A DNA stretch of 62,612 nucleotides, counting the filler, from Candidatus Rokuibacteriota bacterium (GTDB lineage Bacteria; JAUVQV01; DATDCY01), in assembly GCA_031406795.1 (NCBI GenBank). It is 4 parts of 4 records of this genome, joined end to end, with 100 filler letters (N's around TTAATTAATTAA, not from the genome) between each part and the next. Parts side by side here need not be neighbours in the genome. Positions count along the whole stretch, not along the records: positions 56,867 to 62,612 come from JANOHV010000211.1; 3 more parts are not named here. The stretch is one strand, 5' to 3'. The translations under genes and the position numbers were made by a program. Below are positions 60,083-62,612 of this stretch, piece after piece; position 1 is the stretch's first letter, and each line of letters begins with the position of its first letter. Below the pieces are notes generated by a model that was not told the origin of the DNA, did not search any database, and saw nothing but the letters and a program-made list of their open reading frames with translations.

Positions 60083-61195
60083 TCAGCGGGCGGCCAGGGC
60101 GGCTTCGAGGGCGCGGCGGTACAATTCGGCGGCGAGAGCCTCGTCCTTCTGCGACTCGGCGATCCCGCCCATCTCGAAGACATACCGCGCCTCCGCCGGG
60201 GAGAGTTTCGCGGCCGCCTCGCGGCTCTTGCGGTACTCGGCGTCCTTCCCCTGATACTTCGCGGCCAGAGCGCCGCCAAGGGCGAACTCCTCGCGCTCCG
60301 GGAATTCGGCCAGCAGCTCCTCGAAGAGCTTGCCGGCCCCGGGAAAATCGCCGGTCTGCAGGCTCACGACCGCGAGCTGGTAGAGCGCCTCGTGGCTCTT
60401 CGGGTCGATCTCCTTGGCCCGCTGGAACTCGGCCAGCGCCGACTCCTTGCGGCCGGTACGCTTGTAGACGAGCCCGAGTTCGAGGCGTGATTTCTTGAAA
60501 TCGGGGTCCTTCTCGACGGAAATCTTCAACTGCGCCTCCGCCTTCTCATCCTGGCCCTTGGAGGCGAGCTGGCGGCCCAGATTGTAATACATCAGCGCGT
60601 GGTTCTTCGGGACGTACTCCTGCACCGGCCGCAACTCGGCCTCCCCCGGCAAACCGGCCGCCTTGCGCACGGCGTCTGCAAGGTCTTCGCGCAGGGTGCT
60701 CGGGTAACCGGCCAGCAGGAACGCAACCTTGGCGTCGGCGCCGACGACCAGTGTCGAGGGCAGCGCCATCGCGCCGTACTCGTTGTACGCGATCAGACCG
60801 TCGTCGATGAGCGCCGGCCCGGAAAAACCGGCCTTCTTCGCCGCCGCGGCGATCGCCTCGCGATCGGCGGCCGAAATCGACGGATGTTCGCAGTTCACGG
60901 TCACGATCTGCACCTTCTCCGGGCCGATCTTCACGCGCAGCGCCTCGAGATCGACGATGATCTCGGTCGAGCGCGGACTCCACGTCGCCCAGAAGACGAC
61001 CACGGTGGCGCCCCGGCCGTAGATCTCGGAGCTCTTCCACTCCTTGCCGGTGGTGTCCTTGAGCGCGAAGGCCGGCGGCGCCTGGGAGAGCTGAACGTTC
61101 TTGAATGCGGCCGAAATCGAAGGCTTGGTGCACAGGAGCACCGCCAGCAGGGTTGCGACTGTCATCACGGCGCGGGAGTGAGTTTTCTTTATCAT
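60083..61195 (-). CDS. Exported redoxin (TlpA-like, SxxS) plus TPR protein
   Basis: Signal peptide, PPAFALKD, FWATWSPRS, LPST, then TPR helices. Confidence 0.8.
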   Translation of the reverse strand: MIKKTHSRAVMTVATLLAVLLCTKPSISAAFKNVQLSQAPPAFALKDTTGKEWKSSEIYGRGATVVVFWATWSPRSTEIIVDLEALRVKIGPEKVQIVTVNCEHPSISAADREAIAAAAKKAGFSGPALIDDGLIAYNEYGAMALPSTLVVGADAKVAFLLAGYPSTLREDLADAVRKAAGLPGEAELRPVQEYVPKNHALMYYNLGRQLASKGQDEKAEAQLKISVEKDPDFKKSRLELGLVYKRTGRKESALAEFQRAKEIDPKSHEALYQLAVVSLQTGDFPGAGKLFEELLAEFPEREEFALGGALAAKYQGKDAEYRKSREAAAKLSPAEARYVFEMGGIAESQKDEALAAELYRRALEAALAAR

Positions 61196-61321
61196 GTCGC
61201 TGGGTAACTTAGGCATCCCTAGCGAAAAAGTCAAAGAAAAAATCCCGACCCCACTTGACAGCCGTGCGCCCGTCTGTGAACAATGCCAACTTGCCCGGTT
61301 GGCACGAAAGGCGTGATCGCA

Positions 61322-62612
61322 ATGGAATCCTGGAGGCAGCAGCTCTTCCGCGAACTTCCCAAGGTCGACGAGATGCTGGACTGGCCCGAGGTGCAGGCCG
61401 GCGCGCAAGGCTATCCGCGGTGGGCGCTGCTGGATGCGATCCGAGAGACCCTCGATCGCCGCCGCGAGCTGCTGGGAGATCTCAGCGCTCCGGCGGCCGA
61501 CGCCGGCGGGGACCGGCCGGAGCTGGCGGCCAGGGCGATCGCCCTGCTGCTCAAGCGGGGTGGGGCCAATCTGCGGGCCGTCATCAACGCCTCAGGCATC
61601 ATCGTGCACACGAACCTCGGCCGCTCGCCGCTTGCGCGCGAAGCCCTGCAGCAGATCGAACGGGTTGCACGCGGCTACTCCAACCTCGAGTACTGCCTGG
61701 ACCGCGGGGAACGCGGCTCGCGCCAGGACCACTGCGAGGAACTCCTGCGTCGCCTGACCGGCGCAGAGGCGGCCCTGGCGGTGAACAACAACGCGGCGGC
61801 GGTCTTCCTCTGCCTCAACTCCCTGGCGGAAGGGCGCGAGGTGATCGTCTCCCGCGGCCAACTCGTCGAGATCGGCGGCTCCTTCCGGATCCCGGACGTC
61901 ATGCGCAAGAGCGGCGCAGTGCTGCGCGAGGTCGGGACCACCAACAAGACGAAAGCGGCCGATTACCGCGAGGCCATCGGTCCGCAGACCGCGCTGCTGA
62001 TGCGCGTCCACACCAGTAACTTCCGCGTAGTCGGCTTCACCGCGTCCGTCGAACTGCCGGAGCTCGTGGCGGTGGGGCAAGCCGCCGCGGTCCCGGTCAT
62101 GGACGACCTTGGCAGCGGCTGCCTGGTCGATCTGGCGCCCTACGGGCTGCCGGGGGAGCCGACGGTCCAGGACGCGGTCGCAGCTGGTGCCGCGCTGGTC
62201 ACGTTCAGCGGCGACAAACTCCTCGGCGCGCCGCAGGCCGGGCTGATCGTCGGCCGCGGCGACCTGATCGAACGCATCCGGAAGAACCCGCTGCATCGCG
62301 CGATGCGCATCGACAAGCTCACGCTCGCCGGGCTGGAGGCGACCCTGCGGCTCTACCTGGACGGCGAACGCGGGTTGGCGCGAATACCGGCGCTGCGCAT
62401 GATCGCCGCGCCCGTCGACGCCGTCCGGCGGCGCGCCCGCGGCGCCCTGCGCCGGCTCTCCCCCGAAACCCGACCCGCCTGGCGGGCGGCGGTCGTCCCG
62501 ACGACCTGCCAGGTCGGGGGCGGCGCGCTGCCGCTGGAGCCCCTCTTGTCCGCGGCGCTGGCTCTCGGCGGCCCCGATCGGCCCGCCCACCGCCTCGAGG
62601 AGGCGCTGCGCC
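61322..62612 (+). CDS. selA: Selenocysteine synthase SelA (runs off window end)
   Basis: VINASGIIVHTNLGR, VNNNAAA, SRGQLVEIGGSFRIP, FSGDKLLG. Confidence 0.95.
   Translation, partial: MESWRQQLFRELPKVDEMLDWPEVQAGAQGYPRWALLDAIRETLDRRRELLGDLSAPAADAGGDRPELAARAIALLLKRGGANLRAVINASGIIVHTNLGRSPLAREALQQIERVARGYSNLEYCLDRGERGSRQDHCEELLRRLTGAEAALAVNNNAAAVFLCLNSLAEGREVIVSRGQLVEIGGSFRIPDVMRKSGAVLREVGTTNKTKAADYREAIGPQTALLMRVHTSNFRVVGFTASVELPELVAVGQAAAVPVMDDLGSGCLVDLAPYGLPGEPTVQDAVAAGAALVTFSGDKLLGAPQAGLIVGRGDLIERIRKNPLHRAMRIDKLTLAGLEATLRLYLDGERGLARIPALRMIAAPVDAVRRRARGALRRLSPETRPAWRAAVVPTTCQVGGGALPLEPLLSAALALGGPDRPAHRLEEALR

Overview
The window joins four contigs of a high-GC, Desulfobacterota/Deltaproteobacteria-like genome. 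The joins are artificial N-TTAATTAATTAA-N linkers at 18715-18814, 37984-38083 and 56767-56866, so adjacency across them means nothing. Contig 1 (1-18714): GeoRSP-type cluster (beta-helix lipoprotein, PqqD-like, radical SAM/SPASM, SPASM-only protein), ribF, tatA, two moeA genes, mazG, an exported HEAT-repeat protein, a DHH-CBS tRNA nucleotidyltransferase, an M50 protease, a pentaheme cytochrome and the frameshifted 3' end of ftsK. Contig 2 (18815-37983) is accessory and holds the main finding: one junction occurs four times, an XRE-HTH gene on the minus strand back-to-back with the 3' part of comM/yifB, which starts at the CKCG codons in the two complete copies. The junctions separate modules with toxin-antitoxin genes and metal/redox cargo; no recombinase is visible. 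This suggests a cassette-like tandem array at comM. Contig 3 (38084-56766): selB (partial), tusA, RomX-like protein, ligA, glgA, glgC, an IscS-like protein lacking the PLP lysine, rpiB, miaB, recJ-mutL-miaA-hflX. Contig 4 (56867-62612): hemL-atpZ-atpI-atpB-atpE, an SxxS redoxin-TPR protein, selA (partial). Several structured intergenic repeat families are present. All calls come from reading motifs by eye; no searches were run.
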